From NCBI GenBank assembly GCA_028534125.1, contig CM052816.1:67954001-68018000 (forward strand): a stretch of DNA of 64,000 nucleotides, read 5' to 3'. This document shows, piece by piece, positions 25,126 to 38,379 of this stretch (position 1 is the first letter of the stretch; each line of letters begins with the position of its first letter). Position numbers and translations under genes: made by a program. The DNA is from Lama glama. Its lineage: Eukaryota. The notes below the pieces were generated by a model. The model was not told the origin of the DNA. It saw only the letters and a program-made list of their open reading frames with translations, and did no database searches.

Positions 25126-28100
25126 ATCTCTATCCATTATGTTGAATTTAAAAGAGAGGAATTTCCAGTGTTGGTTAATAGGTTTATCAAATACTTGAGT
25201 TTATGAGAAAAAGGACTCGTAATGAAACTGTTTGGTTTACTGTACACTGCTAGGCACATTGCAGGCATACTTGTTTCTTCGCCTCCAATCACTGTAGAGA
25301 TGCTATTAGCTCCCAAGTTAAAACGCTAGGGGAAAAAAAAAAACTTCCCTAATAGTGTACAGTTTTGAGATCCTTGGAAGAAAAATCTATCCGTACAAAT
25401 AGTGGTTTTATTTATTGTTGTTATAATCCAATGAAGTCTTGGGCATGGAAAAAGGCCTAGAATTTTTTTCATCTTCACATTTTTGCCAAAGTAGTTAAGT
25501 CCATCAAAGATGAATAACCATTTCCAAACACTCTCACTGGAGATTTTATCCAAGTTCCTTTCAGGAAGATTTCAGTGTCCTCATCTATAAAAGGAAGTTG
25601 ATGATTAATAGGTTCCACTTAACAATAATAATATTCTAGGTCTTTAGTTGTTTTTCTGAAGGGTATATTTCTGGAGGTTTCAGATTTGAGATTTATACAT
25701 AAGATATTTGAGAGAGGACAATACAGTCCAAGTCTGGATAACAGTTTTCCTAGCATGTTGACCATCAAGAACAATGGCATCTGGGCTTTGAGTTAGGGAA
25801 CAAGTATTCAGAAAGGTAGAAGAACTGGACTATCTTCTCTGAAATTGGAACTGTTGATTTATATCCCCAGTCTAGTCAGAGGTGGAGACTGTCCATAGAA
25901 AAGACAAATGACAGTACAAGGCATCATGTGGTTGGTGGTGATTTGAGTAGGACTGCAAAACCTATGACATTTATTTCTATACACAGTAAATGTTTCTATG
26001 TTCAGTATCAAAGGCATCACCAGAGTTGTTGAATAAAAACCAGCCTTGATACTCAAAATGTCAGTTGGAGGAAAGAGCACACTGGGATATCTAGTAAAAG
26101 AGCAATCTGTAACATCTGACATGTTCAAATAATGTATACATAGATCACTTCACCAAAGCAGTCTCTTAAAGCTCTTGAAGAGAAAAAAGTTTGCACGATC
26201 AAAAAAAGTGCTCCTTTATATGTGAAGCCCCCTATTGTTGAGGTGCGACAGGGCAAAATTACTAGATTCAAAATAAGACAATAAAAGTATAGGGCATTCT
26301 AATTTCCAGCTCTTTCTCTGAGAATGATGGCTCTAAGTTCATCTCTGTACTACCCACCTTCCCTCAGCCCCACTCTTCTCTCCCCACACTCTGCCCCTTA
26401 GAGATAGAGTACTTGCTTAGAAAGACTAAGAGGCTGATCCCAAAAGATAAACTTGTTTTTAAAACTCTTAAGCAAAAAGCCTCACACATAGTAAGTGCCT
26501 AATATTGATGTAATCTGGGGAAGGAAAAGCACAAGGAGGGTAATTTATCATGGCTTAAACTCAAAACACAACAAAACTGCTTCTCAAAAATGGACATAAG
26601 TTAAAGTATGTAACAGAAAAGTCTGGTATTTAGAGAGTTTTGTGTCAGATCCAAAACAATCTGCCTTCTCTTGAGGTTATGAAAATTCCATTAGCTAAAA
26701 GACCTAGTTCCTCTCATTCCAGATGTGGCTCTATCTTATCTACCAAAGAACGCCTCTGTGAACATAATTTGAGAGAGAATCCCCATCTTTCCACCTTGGT
26801 AGAAATGGTCTGAGTCGGCTAGGAGCAGGGCCACTTTAGGGTGTTTGTGGCCACTGCACAGCTGACTTTTCATTGGATGATTCTGAAGAGATGCCAAAAG
26901 GATTTGATTTGAGTGAGTGTGCTGTAACTGAATGCCAAGGCATGAAGTTCACATGGGATGGATTGGTTCAGGGGTCAATGCCAACTTCTCCGGGTGTGTT
27001 GTCAATCTTGCAACATGAATAGATTCATGCTGCAAAGTTTGACAGCTGCGGCACCAGAAGATTAAACTACAAGATCATTTATGAAAGCTGGCCTTGCTGG
27101 AAAAACAGGAGAACATGTGGCTGGCCAAGCTCTCTCAAGATCAGGCAGGTACTGACAGTGGCTTCATCTTGGATGTTCATGCCCCTCCAAAACAGCAGCA
27201 GTCAGGCACAATCACAGTAGCAGATCAGGCCAGTCAGCTCTGGCCATAGGCTTGGTTTTCAGGTACCTTTGGGCCTAGCTCATTAGCAAGACATCAACCC
27301 ATGAGAAACAGTTACCTCTGAAAAGGGTGAGGACCTGCTATCCATCTACTGTTCAAGAGGGAGAATTGTTGGCAGTGAACTAGCTTGAGAAGAATAGCTA
27401 ATAGGAGGAAATTTGTTAAAGTAAGAGTCATCCAAGATTGGCAGAGGTTACCAAGGAAGGCTATCCTGGGACAATGTAAGAAAGATTGACTGGAAAGAAT
27501 TTCATTAAAAAAAGATTTAGGTATTTGAGGGTTAAGGAAAAAAACCCTTTCTCTTCTTCTGGGTAATCTGTGCAGCTATTGTTTTTTCAGGTTTATGAAG
27601 CTTTTTGTATGATTAATTTTTCTTTTCTTGCTATTAGACTATAAAGAATACTAGTTACGTGTCTGTTGGTATCATAAATGTCTTTTCCTAATTAACTAGA
27701 GAAGTCCAGAATTCAAAAATCTTTATTTTGTAGATTTGATTATATGAAGATAGAAGGCCTCCAATTTCTGAAAACTTGAATTCTTAGGTTTTCCTGACTG
27801 TGTTTGGTCCTCTTACTGCATCCTTGCAGTAGCTAATAGAGCCAAGGTCACATGGTCAGGAATACCTCTTCTTGAACTGAGCAGTAGAATGGCCCTTGAC
27901 CTAACTTTGTGTGTGTAGGGAAAGTCATGGCCCCAGGAGGGCCAGAGGGGACCCGCCTGTGGAGCATCTTAGGCAAGCCTGTGCTTGGCTTCTTCATCCA
28001 CACTGCCCCCACCACCCCAACATCTAGGGAGCCTCTTGACTTTTCCCAGCCAGTCTGTAGTCTCTTCCTTTATTCACTCTTGTTTTCCCCCCTTTTACAC

Positions 28101-28206
28101 AAATTTATTTCTGTACAAGATTCTAAAAGCACTCCTTGGTTTGTACATAAGGTTTTAATTTTTCTTCATTTTAAATTGTAACAACTGGTTTCCTGATTTT
28201 TTTTTT

Positions 28207-28706
28207 NNNNNNNNNNNNNNNNNNNNNNNNNNNNNNNNNNNNNNNNNNNNNNNNNNNNNNNNNNNNNNNNNNNNNNNNNNNNNNNNNNNNNNNNNNNNNN
28301 NNNNNNNNNNNNNNNNNNNNNNNNNNNNNNNNNNNNNNNNNNNNNNNNNNNNNNNNNNNNNNNNNNNNNNNNNNNNNNNNNNNNNNNNNNNNNNNNNNNN
28401 NNNNNNNNNNNNNNNNNNNNNNNNNNNNNNNNNNNNNNNNNNNNNNNNNNNNNNNNNNNNNNNNNNNNNNNNNNNNNNNNNNNNNNNNNNNNNNNNNNNN
28501 NNNNNNNNNNNNNNNNNNNNNNNNNNNNNNNNNNNNNNNNNNNNNNNNNNNNNNNNNNNNNNNNNNNNNNNNNNNNNNNNNNNNNNNNNNNNNNNNNNNN
28601 NNNNNNNNNNNNNNNNNNNNNNNNNNNNNNNNNNNNNNNNNNNNNNNNNNNNNNNNNNNNNNNNNNNNNNNNNNNNNNNNNNNNNNNNNNNNNNNNNNNN
28701 NNNNNN
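28207..28706. other. Assembly gap (500 N) flanked by poly(T) on both sides
   Basis: Run of N. Confidence 1.
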
Positions 28707-28959
28707 TTTTTTTTTTTTTTGCCTCAATGTGGAATCCTTTTTAATACACTCATTTTAAGTGGCTATTTCAAGACACTTGCTTTCTTCCAGAAATTCACAA
28801 GCTCAATTGATGGGCAAGATAAGAGATAGTGACACTTTCTCTTTCTAATAAACTCCCCCAGCACTTGCTGCACGTACTGGTTCTTTCTGCCACTGCAGAC
28901 CTCACTCTGCAGGAGAATGCCATGATGATCCTGATAGAGAGGATGGACCTGACATGGCC

Positions 28960-29350
28960 TATCAAGTTTTAGGCTAAGTCCTTTACATGCATCATTTAAT
29001 CTGTAATACTATTGTAATTCCCACTTTACAGATAAAGAAACTGAGGCTTAGAGAGGAAAAAATGTGTCTATAGTCACACAGGTTAGAAGGTGGGAGCCAG
29101 GAGTTAATTCTGGGCCTAACTTAGTGAATTCTCTCCCCTGGACTCAGTTGGGAAGCTTAGAAAACTCAGTCACATATGCTTAAATACCTACCCACTTACA
29201 TATGCCTAAACCCCAGTTCCAGAGATTCTGATTTAGTTGGTAGCCTGGGTTAGTGTCCTGGTGTCAGCATTCAAACAAACCTTAATGTATGATTCTAAAA
29301 TGCATCTGGGGTGAGAACCTTTGGCTTAACTCCAAAGACACACTACACCA
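28960..29350 (-). mobile_element. MIR interrupted by a MER5-family MITE (~29122-29323)
   Basis: MIR core 'cactttacagataaagaaactgaggcttagagagg', MER5-type 'ccagagattctgatttagttgg...gattctaaaatgca...tgagaacc', and TSD-like gcctaac/gcttaac. Confidence 0.8.
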
Positions 29351-30014
29351 CATTTCTACCTAAATAGCAGAATTTCTCCCATTAAAGTACTAGGAAGTGC
29401 TTCCTAAACCATATTTTAGAAACAGGAAATGTTTGGACAGGTTTGAACTTCTGGGAAATTTTTAATCACTTCCCTTATTCCTTTCAGTGGATAAGCATTT
29501 TTATGCTTCTGTGGCCCATAGAGCTCAGAGGGAATAGTTACAAAAAATTCCAAGGGAAGAAAGAGATCTGAAAAGAACTTCTTGGAGCCTCGTTTTTTGG
29601 AATTTTATTCGTCAGTCAGAAATGCTCCCTAACTGTGCATCATTTTTGGAGGATATTTTGGCTAACATTCAGCCTCTTCTCACCCACCCTCCTTGGTGAT
29701 TTCCTCTTGGGTCTCCTGAACTTTGGTTGAATTTCTGTGGCCCACGTGGTTACCACAAGGAACTGTGCATGGTCCTTAGAGGACAAGAGCTGCAGGCTGT
29801 GTCCTGAGGGTCATTTGACTTAGCATGACATGCTTTTGGAAACAGATCCAGTCATTGACACAGTCCCATACAGTAACTGCCACTCTGCTAAAAAACTCAA
29901 TTCCAACAAAAATTTCCCATGAGGGTGGTCAGACCCTGGATATTAGCAACTGGCCCTTAATGTGCATGAGGGCAGTCTATGCTGGTTATTTATGTCCTTT
30001 GCCATTTCTAAGCC

Positions 30015-30143
30015 TTTGGGGGTGGGGGAGGTAATTGGGTTTTCATTTATTTACTTTTTTTTTAATGGAAGTATACCAGGAATTCAACCCAGGACCTCGT
30101 GCTTGCTAGGCATGCACTCTACCACTGAGCTATATCCTCCCCT
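30015..30143 (-). mobile_element. tRNA-derived SINE, Vic-1 type (camelid)
   Basis: The minus strand reads ggggaggatatagctcagtggtagagtgcatgcctagcaagcacgaggtcctgggttgaattcctggta...aacccaattacctccccc. Confidence 0.9.
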
Positions 30144-30604
30144 GTGAGCATGTTTTTTTTCCCTCTACATTTAAAAGGAGGATTTTGAAAAACCAAATAT
30201 TTTTAGCTAGAAGGCAATATTTCCAAATCTTTGGAAGATTATTAAGTGAAACACACTCTTGGGGATTAGAGGTAATTTCCAATTGGGTTGGCAAGTTACT
30301 GTGGGCATCAACATCTCTATTAGGAAAGCTCTTGGAATTGAAAAAATAGTATGTATAGTATTTTATTTTATTTTTTTTAAATTGACATAAGGATACATAA
30401 GACATTATTAGCAAATTTTTATTACTAGAGAATAAGATGATGAAGTGTGGGAGATATTTATTTTCACTTTATGTTCTCATTTAATAAGTACAACAATAGT
30501 GACAACTAATATTTATTACTTTCTTTGTCCTTGATTATATGCTGTTTCATACTGCATTTATTTTTCATTTATTATTCAGAATAACCTTATATAATAAGTA
30601 CTCT

Positions 30605-31240
30605 TGTTAAAGTTGGGATTCAGTCATCTGTAAGGAACGTAAGACTGACTTAAACAACAGAGCTTTATTACCTTAGATTATAAGAAATTCCACGGTAGAA
30701 TGGCTCCAGGGATGATAAACTTAGAGACTTCAAGATCTGATATCTGTCTTTTTGCTCTTCAATGACAGCTATATCACTTTCAGAGGATGCGACATCCAGT
30801 CTCTTTCTCAATGTGTCTGTGGTTATAAACCTTTCCTAGAAGCCTCCCACTTCCCAAGACAGTACACACAATTGCTTCAGATGCCCATGCCTATACCACC
30901 CATCCATCACAAGGAGAAAGGGACCACCGTGGTTGGCTTCATTACCTTCAAGCTTCAATGCATCCCTGGAGCATATGGAGAAAGAAGGAAGAGAAATGAA
31001 AAAAATCAGTTAAGGCTGTGATAGCGTACTTGAGGTAGAGGAGAAATTTTCAAGCTCTTATCCAGACAGGGCTATCCACTAAACATATTTATAAGGAATT
31101 TGCATTGATATACATCAAAATTGCTCCAGGCCTCCTTAAGGACCTTAGGTGGGGAATTATCCCCTCACCCTTGTCACCAGGATCAGAATTCTGTTACAAA
31201 TAAGGAAGGGATGGGTTAGATTACTGACTGTCTGCTATGC
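30605..31240 (-). mobile_element. Old MaLR LTR (MLT1K/L-like) splitting a MIR (~30495-30604 and ~31241-31370)
   Basis: 'tgttaaagttgggattc...gacttaaacaac...ataagaaattcc' resembles an antisense MLT1 end. The MIR resumes with 'tttacagatgaggaaactgagg'. Confidence 0.6.
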
Positions 31241-31375
31241 AGCTATCATCCAAAGGTTTACAGATGAGGAAACTGAGGGTAGGAGAGGTCTGGTAAATTC
31301 CCCAAGGACATATGGTTGAAGTGAAGTAGAGTTGAGCCTTGGAATTTTATCTGCTTACTCCAAAGCATATTGATG

Positions 31376-31748
31376 CTTTTAAGGAAATTTTAAGGATTTT
31401 ATTGGCTTTATTCAATGGTTCATTAATTGAGTAGCCTCCATTCTAGGAGACAGAAATGAGCTCCAAAGAGATGTACAAAATGAAAGACTTTTATAGGCAG
31501 AAGGGAGCAGGAACAAGGAAGTTATACTAGGCAAAAAACAAGTTGGTTATTGCAATGTTACTTTCCTTTAGGGGATAGTAGGGGTCTATCAGGCAAAGTA
31601 TCTAGCTAGTGCTGATCAGGTGTTCCTGAATGACTGTTTAAGATTCCATTTCTGGGAAAGAAGAAACTAATTAAATTAAGTCTTGGTTTGGTGATATGGA
31701 GCTTAGCATAAGAGAATCCATTTTGGGCCTATTGTCTTATTTTTAACA
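31376..31748 (-). mobile_element. ERV1 solo LTR, MER41-like
   Basis: The minus strand starts TGTTAAAATAAGACAATAGGCCCAAAATGG. It has a TATA box (gcctataaaag, ~31489-31495), AATAAA (31407-31412) and the GAS motif TTCCCAGAA. Confidence 0.75.
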
Positions 31749-33959
31749 CTCTGATAGACTGTCTCTATTTTATGCTATCAGATACTGCCTCTCTTTCAAC
31801 ATGTGTTGCCTTATTAATAATTAAAATAATTTTTCTAAGAATTATACTTGCTCAGTTAGTTCTAACCATGGCTCGTCTAGTCTAGGAACTTGGGAAAACC
31901 ACTTAAACTTTTTGACCTTAGTTTCTCTTATTGTTAAAATGAGAGTGCTCAGCTAGATAAGAGCTTAGATCTTCCCCAGCCCTAAGTTCTGTAAGTGTAT
32001 GGTTCTCATGTGAAAAATCATTCGGAGTAGAGATTTAAAAAAAAAAAAGCTTCATTTGTGCAAATAATTTTATTCATGAGAAATTTAGTAGAAATTTCAG
32101 AAACAAATGTTACTTTTTTTCTATAAAATGCATCTGCTTATTTGCCACCAGTGCAGATGGTGGTGTGTAACCCTTCACCATTGGGGGTTTGGCGCTGATA
32201 TCCTAGGGTGGTTTTTCTTCTCTCTTCTCTCTATCATGGTACAATCTCTTCCAAGGACTCAGCTCACCAGGTGCAAATATGCCAGGAAGCCCATCTGCTA
32301 GTGGTTGTGAGCTGACACCTGCTTCACAAAACCCATCAGAAAACTTGACTGGGTAAGGAAGGACAACCCAAGCAAGTAGATGAGGGTACTTGTAGCTAAG
32401 AAGTCTGCTCTCCAGAGCAAATGTATACTGCTTGCCTCCCTGGGACCTCTAGCTAAGATCAACCTTCTCAAACTGACTTCTAAGAACTTGGAGTGAGATG
32501 AGAATAAAGACAGCTGGCTCACACAGTACTGATGGGTAAAGTCATAGGCGGTAGGAGAGACAAAGGGAAAGGGATGAGATCTGTGTATGTGTATTTTATT
32601 CTTTTCTCATTTCTAGAAAACAAGAAGGGATATATAGGTCAGAGGAGAGAAAGTTCCCAGTTTTATTTAGACCAACATGAGAATTTGAAATTGAAATGCT
32701 AGGCATTAGCAAGACAATATTAACATTTGCTAAGGAACTTCTGATGTTGAAATGCTTACAAACTTTACCTTTAGACAAATATAATATAAAATATTCCAGA
32801 ACTTCAAGTTCTGGAAATGGTTAAACATGTTAATTGATAGCAGAGATGTCTTTAGAATCACTGTTTATCCCAGAGCTACATACACATTACCTCAATGCCA
32901 AGAATAATCATAAATTAAATAGTTAATGGTAGACAACAAGCAAGATCTGGTGTAAACTTAATTTATTTGATTCTCTCATGTTAGAGCTAGTAGGGGTCAG
33001 ACAAATATCCCAGGAATTAAAAGAGAAAATTATCCATGTGTGTTCATTCTTCCAGCTATTATTATAGAGGAAGAGACCCTATGCATGGAGAGAAGTTTTA
33101 AAAAACATATAAACATTAGCAATGCACAATAAAATCAATATTGAAAATGCAATTTAAGGAGATGGTTGGTCTCTCTCTCTGTCTCTGGCAAAGAAAGGAT
33201 TTGGGAGTTCCTTCATTCTGAGCAACTGGAAAGGTTCTGGTCACTTTAGATGTGAGTTGCAGGTAAGGTTCCAAATCTGAACCCTAAGCCAGGCGGCTCC
33301 CATGAGATGTATTTCTAGTAAGAAATGACACTTGCAACTGAAATCAGTCCACGAGTAGTCATTACAGGAGACTTAAAGCAAGTAGGTCCTTTTGGATTAA
33401 ATTATCCAGGTAATTGCTTTTACTTACCCATACAAACTAGAGACAAAATTCTTTAGGTGATGGAATAAATAAGACATGTATCAGATCCTGTCTTAGATGT
33501 GTCCACATTCTCATACGAGGCAAGACTGGATTCTGGCCCTCTTTGAAAGGCCCTCTGCCCCATGACACGTGCAAAGTCTTCCTTCAGTCAAACTAGGGTG
33601 GTCCTCCAAAGACTCAGGGGAGGCAGCTGCCACCCAGAAGGCCCTTTGGAATTGCAGAATTCCAGGCACTTACACCTCTTAATACAGCACCAAAGACAGC
33701 GTGGCTGGCTCACAGCCTCCAGTGTGCTGGTACAGCTGTGAAGGAGCTAACTTTGGCAGCCATAGATCATGGAGGCTTCATCTCAGCTTCTCTCAGAATA
33801 GCTTTTCATCAGGAAACTCTTCACATCCCTCAAAACAGATGCAGGAAGAAGGGAAGCAAACGTAAGTGGGTCCCTTAAAAAAAGATATTATTTTGAATCT
33901 TTGGGTTTTGATATATAGCTACAATATGTGGAATTGATCATTTCTGGTTTATGAACAGC

Positions 33960-34125
33960 TTGATGTGTTAGAAAGAGCAGTAGACATGGAATCAGTGCAA
34001 TTTGGAGTCTAGGTCCAGCCTTGTCTACAGCTCATGAGTCATTTAGTTTAGCTTCTTTGACCTTGGTTTCCTCATCTGTAAAGTGAGAGGGTTTGGCCAG
34101 ATGATCTTTGACCTAATGATTCTAT
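33960..34125 (+). mobile_element. MIR3/MIRc SINE
   Basis: 'gaaagagcagtagacatggaatcag...ccttggtttcctcatctgtaaagtgagagggtttggccagatgatct'. Confidence 0.8.
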
Positions 34126-35322
34126 GAAAAGTGAATATTGGAAGCACATGTTCACCTTCTCCAGTTACCAGCTGTGAGATGTGACTGGAACAAATGGCAC
34201 TAACTGTCGAAACATTTTGGGCTGAAGGGGAAGCATTCTGAAGTAGGACAAGGGCACCTCGTGTTGCAACCTGGAGCCAGTCAACTCTCCAAGGCTGGGC
34301 CAACCTTTGCTTCTGCATCCTACTCCCATTTGTTTTAAGCTTGACCAGGAGGGATGTACCTAAAGATAAAAAAAAATCTGAATCAGTGTATTTTAAAAGA
34401 TAGCTTTATAAACAGTTGTAAAACAGATGCTTGGTCAAAATTTTAACTTTATTTCCTGCAGCTGATCAAAGATTGCTATCTGGCTCACAGTTCCACAGAT
34501 AACCCAGTCTCCCAATTTAAAACTATCTCCTTTAGGTTATATCAAGTTCAAACCCCTATCAGGACCGTATTTCTCTCCTCAAGGAAACCCCCTTTTACCT
34601 TTCCATCTCCCAAATGACTTCTGTTAGAAGGAAGCTATTCTTTTTGATCATGGCAGTTGGGAGAGGGGTCTGAGCTGTCCTTTGAGTCCTCTCTGACCTC
34701 TGCTGAGATGTGTTTGTCCTACCTGGTCACTAGGCAACCTGTGTTGGTTTCTACCAGATATGGATGATCCCACCTGGACTTTTGGGACCTCATGTTAACA
34801 TCTTGTACTTTGCCATTAATTCTGGATTTGAAGTATGGACATTTTGTGAATTTATTTGTTTGAACTCCAGGCCTTGTTTGATCCACCAGTCTTTCAGTAA
34901 ATGTTCCTCAGCTTGAGCAGCAGAAAATTCTGGATCTCCAACATGCTACCTGAGAACTTGGGGAATCAGTGATACTATATTGGGTTCTCACTCTGCCAAA
35001 TTCTTCCATATTACAATATCTAATCTACCTCAGCCTTCCCTACCCAACTCCACATTAGTTCAGGGCTTTGATGAGGTTGTCTCCTCCAGACTTCTAAATA
35101 GGAACACTGACACAGGCCTCTGCTGCAATGGCTCATCATGAAAGAATGCAGTGATTGATTAGTGGTACCTGGCATGGATGGGGAAGATGGAAGTGGTTAC
35201 TTATCCTTGTGCACCAGGTTTGCCATCATAACTTCTGTCATCATAGCATAGTAACTTTTGTCTATAAATTGATATCATTTCCCAAGAGAGGCTGGTAAAT
35301 ATGTAAAGGGCATGACCTAGAG

Positions 35323-35442
35323 CAGTGGTTCTCAAGTATTAGCATGCAGATAGTCACCTGGAGAGCTTGTTAAAGGAGTTTGCTGGGCCCCACCCTGTGT
35401 TTCTCAGGTGACACTGATGCTGCTGATCCTGGGACCACACTG
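35323..35442. mobile_element. Internally deleted MER5A-like MITE
   Basis: 'cagtggttctcaa...caggtgacactgatgctgctgatcctgggaccacactg' with a perfect 8-bp hAT TSD acctagag (35315-35322, 35443-35450). Confidence 0.85.
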
Positions 35443-35929
35443 ACCTAGAGTCTTCAGGTTCAAGTGCTGTATACAGATTGTGGTGAATGCAATGCAATTT
35501 CCATGTACAATTTTGTGCTTGGAAACCTGAAGCTAAATAGTTTTTTCAGTCTGAGATATATTACTGGGTAGTATTTAAAAATTAATAGATGAGCCTTCAT
35601 TTATATTTATATTTTCTAATGATTTCTATCTTTTCCCCTGATACATTTTTAGGTTACTAACCTGATCATCCCTGCAGTGAAGGTAGTTAAAACCAAGCTG
35701 GAATTTAGATTACTAAAAGGGCTTTCTCTAGCTTTGTTTGTATCTAAAATACCTAGGTTAGCTCTGAGCTCAGATCTAAGACCTTCCAGGTTCACTGCTT
35801 TCAGGAAGAAGGATGAAGAGAGAGCAACGACCAGCCTATCTATGGCACAGGCTTACCATATTCGTTTTTTCTTGTGTTATGTCCTGTCTCTCATCTCTGT
35901 GTTTCAAACACAAACTTCTGTTGAACCTT

Positions 35930-36272
35930 TAAAAAAAATTAATAGTTTTATTTGCATACCATCAAATTCACCTATTTTAAGACACAACTCAATTATTTTT
36001 AGTGTATTTACATAGTTGCAAAACCATCATCACTGTCTAATTTTAGAACATTTTTATCATCCCCTGAAACACCTCATGCCCACGTAGTCACTTTTCTTAC
36101 ACTCTCTGCCCTAGGCAACCACTAATCTACTCTCTGTCTTTATACATTTGCCTTTACTGGACATTTCATGTAAGTGGAATCATACTATATATATTTTTTG
36201 TTTCTGACTTCTTTCACTGAGCACACTGCTTTGGATGTTCTTCCATGTTGTAGCATGTATCAGTACTTCATT
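35930..36272 (-). mobile_element. L1MB-like 3' end
   Basis: 'ccctaggcaaccactaatctactctctgtct...ctggacatttcatgtaagtggaatcatac'. Confidence 0.85.
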
Positions 36273-36351
36273 AAACATTAACTTCTACTGTATCTTCCTT
36301 TGATGCCTGTACCTCTTTCTCTCCATTTCTGCTGTGATTCTTTTAGTCTAG

Positions 36352-36492
36352 GTCCTTGTTACTCAAAGTGTAGTCCCCAGCCAGGTGCATCAGCATTACC
36401 TGGGAGATACTCCACGCAGACACAAATCAGGATCCAAATTTTCACAAAATCCCCAGAGGGTTTGAGTGCATATTGCAGCTTAAGAAGAGCTG
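36352..36492. mobile_element. MER5A-like MITE
   Basis: 'gttactcaaagtgtagtcc...catcagcattacctgggag...aaaatccccagagg'. Confidence 0.75.
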
Positions 36493-37384
36493 TCCTAGAA
36501 AAGCTCTTCATCTCTGTAGGAAGACATTTGAGAGCAGCTTCCTGCTACCTCCTTGCCCCCTGTCTTCCTGCCAGAGCACCCAGCTTGCACACTGCTGATT
36601 AGTCCTGAGATTAGGCTTCAGATGCTAATCCCCCTCTGCCATGCTCCATTTCTTATACAACACAAATGGCTTCCTACTAACTGAATGTTAAGTCTCTGTC
36701 ACTCAAATGTGATACCCAGAGCTTTCTAAAACAACCTCTCCTTTACCTACAGAAGCTTCTCAATTTCAATGCTCCAACAAAAGCTTTCAGTTTCTGACAT
36801 GCCAGACCTCTCACTCACCCTGATCATGCTATGGTCAGCCTCAACTTCAAGGATCTCACTGAGCCATTATTACCTCTGTCTACCCTGTTCTGCCCACTCC
36901 TCCAAGGAGCGATTCAGGCACCATCCCTGCCTACCCACCCTACACAGGACTTTTCCCATCTACAAGTTCATATTGAACTTGACCCATTCTAAGCTCTAAG
37001 ATCACTTATTAAACTTCTAATCATGTGATTACTCTGTGGCTGCTCATAGTACAAACAGTGATAATAATATCAATATAATGATGATACCAAAGATTGCCAT
37101 AGCAACTTATAGTTTATCGGGGATTTTAACTTACCCATTACACTTACATAATCTGAATAACTTTTTGATATAAAAATATATGCTAGACAATAAGGGTTAT
37201 TTCTTGCAGGCCATTGGCATTGGTTACTAGGAGAGCCCTGGTCATTATATAGGTACTTCATGAATTCTGTGGGAATAAGTACCAGGCCAGAGGCAGGATT
37301 TTAAAGTTTCCCCAGAAGGGAAGAAATGATTCCAATAGAGCTTACATATGAAAACTGTTAAAGGACAAGTGATAATAAAAATAT

Positions 37385-37630
37385 AACTACTATTACTGCT
37401 ATATTGATAGTAATTAAATACTATATGAGATCTTTTTTGTATGTTATCTTGTGTAATTTTCAGTAGAACTCTGTGAAGTAAGCACTATTATTTGATAAGG
37501 CACTCTTATTAACCCCTGTAGATGAGGAAACTGAAGTTCAAAGAAGTTGTACAACTTATCCAAGATATGTAGCAGGTAGGTGCAAAGCTAAGATTGAAAC
37601 CCAAGTTTCTGACTCTATCATGCTGTCTCT
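37385..37630 (-). mobile_element. MIR SINE
   Basis: 'tagatgaggaaactgaagttcaaagaagttgtacaacttatccaagat'. Confidence 0.8.
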
Positions 37631-38379
37631 CTACAGGAATTTCACTAAGGCAGTATTGGGACATTATGAGGATGACTAGGGTCTTAGAGGTCATAACTAT
37701 TTTTCCAAGTCAGGAAGTGCTTCCACAGGCAATATTCCTGTTTTCATTGGAACACTGGTAAGATTTAAAGTCCCTTGTGAATTTCCTCCTTTGCGTCAGA
37801 GAACATTCAAAGGGAATAACCCAACGGATACAGATGGACCCCCCCAGCTTCCTAGGCCAAGTTCTTCTCGTTCTTTACTTGTTGTGAGTGGCTTAGGTGG
37901 GCTGACTACTCTCTCTGAATGTAATACCTTCACTGTAACTTCACTGGGGTGACCAGGAGAACAAAGGAGACTTTGACTTTCTCACATTAGAGCTTAGAAA
38001 AGAAAGTAAACTACCTCATCCAGTCAGTGGCCTGCCCAGATGTAATATGTGACTTACTTCTACTGAGTACTAGTAAGTTTTCAGTATCATCAGACTACTC
38101 AAATGCTGGAAAATGTTTATTTCCCTGCTCAGTATTTACATAGCTATTGCTTAGCAATGCCAGTTCCTAGGTCACTAGACGAAAATATGAACACTTCCTA
38201 TAGCTCACAGCTTCAAATATGATTTTCATAAAGCCACCCTCAGAGAAGTAGAATGGGGAAATGTAGGAACATAGAGCCAAGAGAGATGGCAGGACAATCC
38301 AGTTCTGAAGTGTCCAAAGGACTTCTCAGAAGATGATGTTCTGTGGAGGTCCTTGCCAGCCACCACAGGATTAAGGGAG

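Noticed and set aside
28155..28727. 190-aa ORF
   Set aside because: Artefact of translating the N gap.
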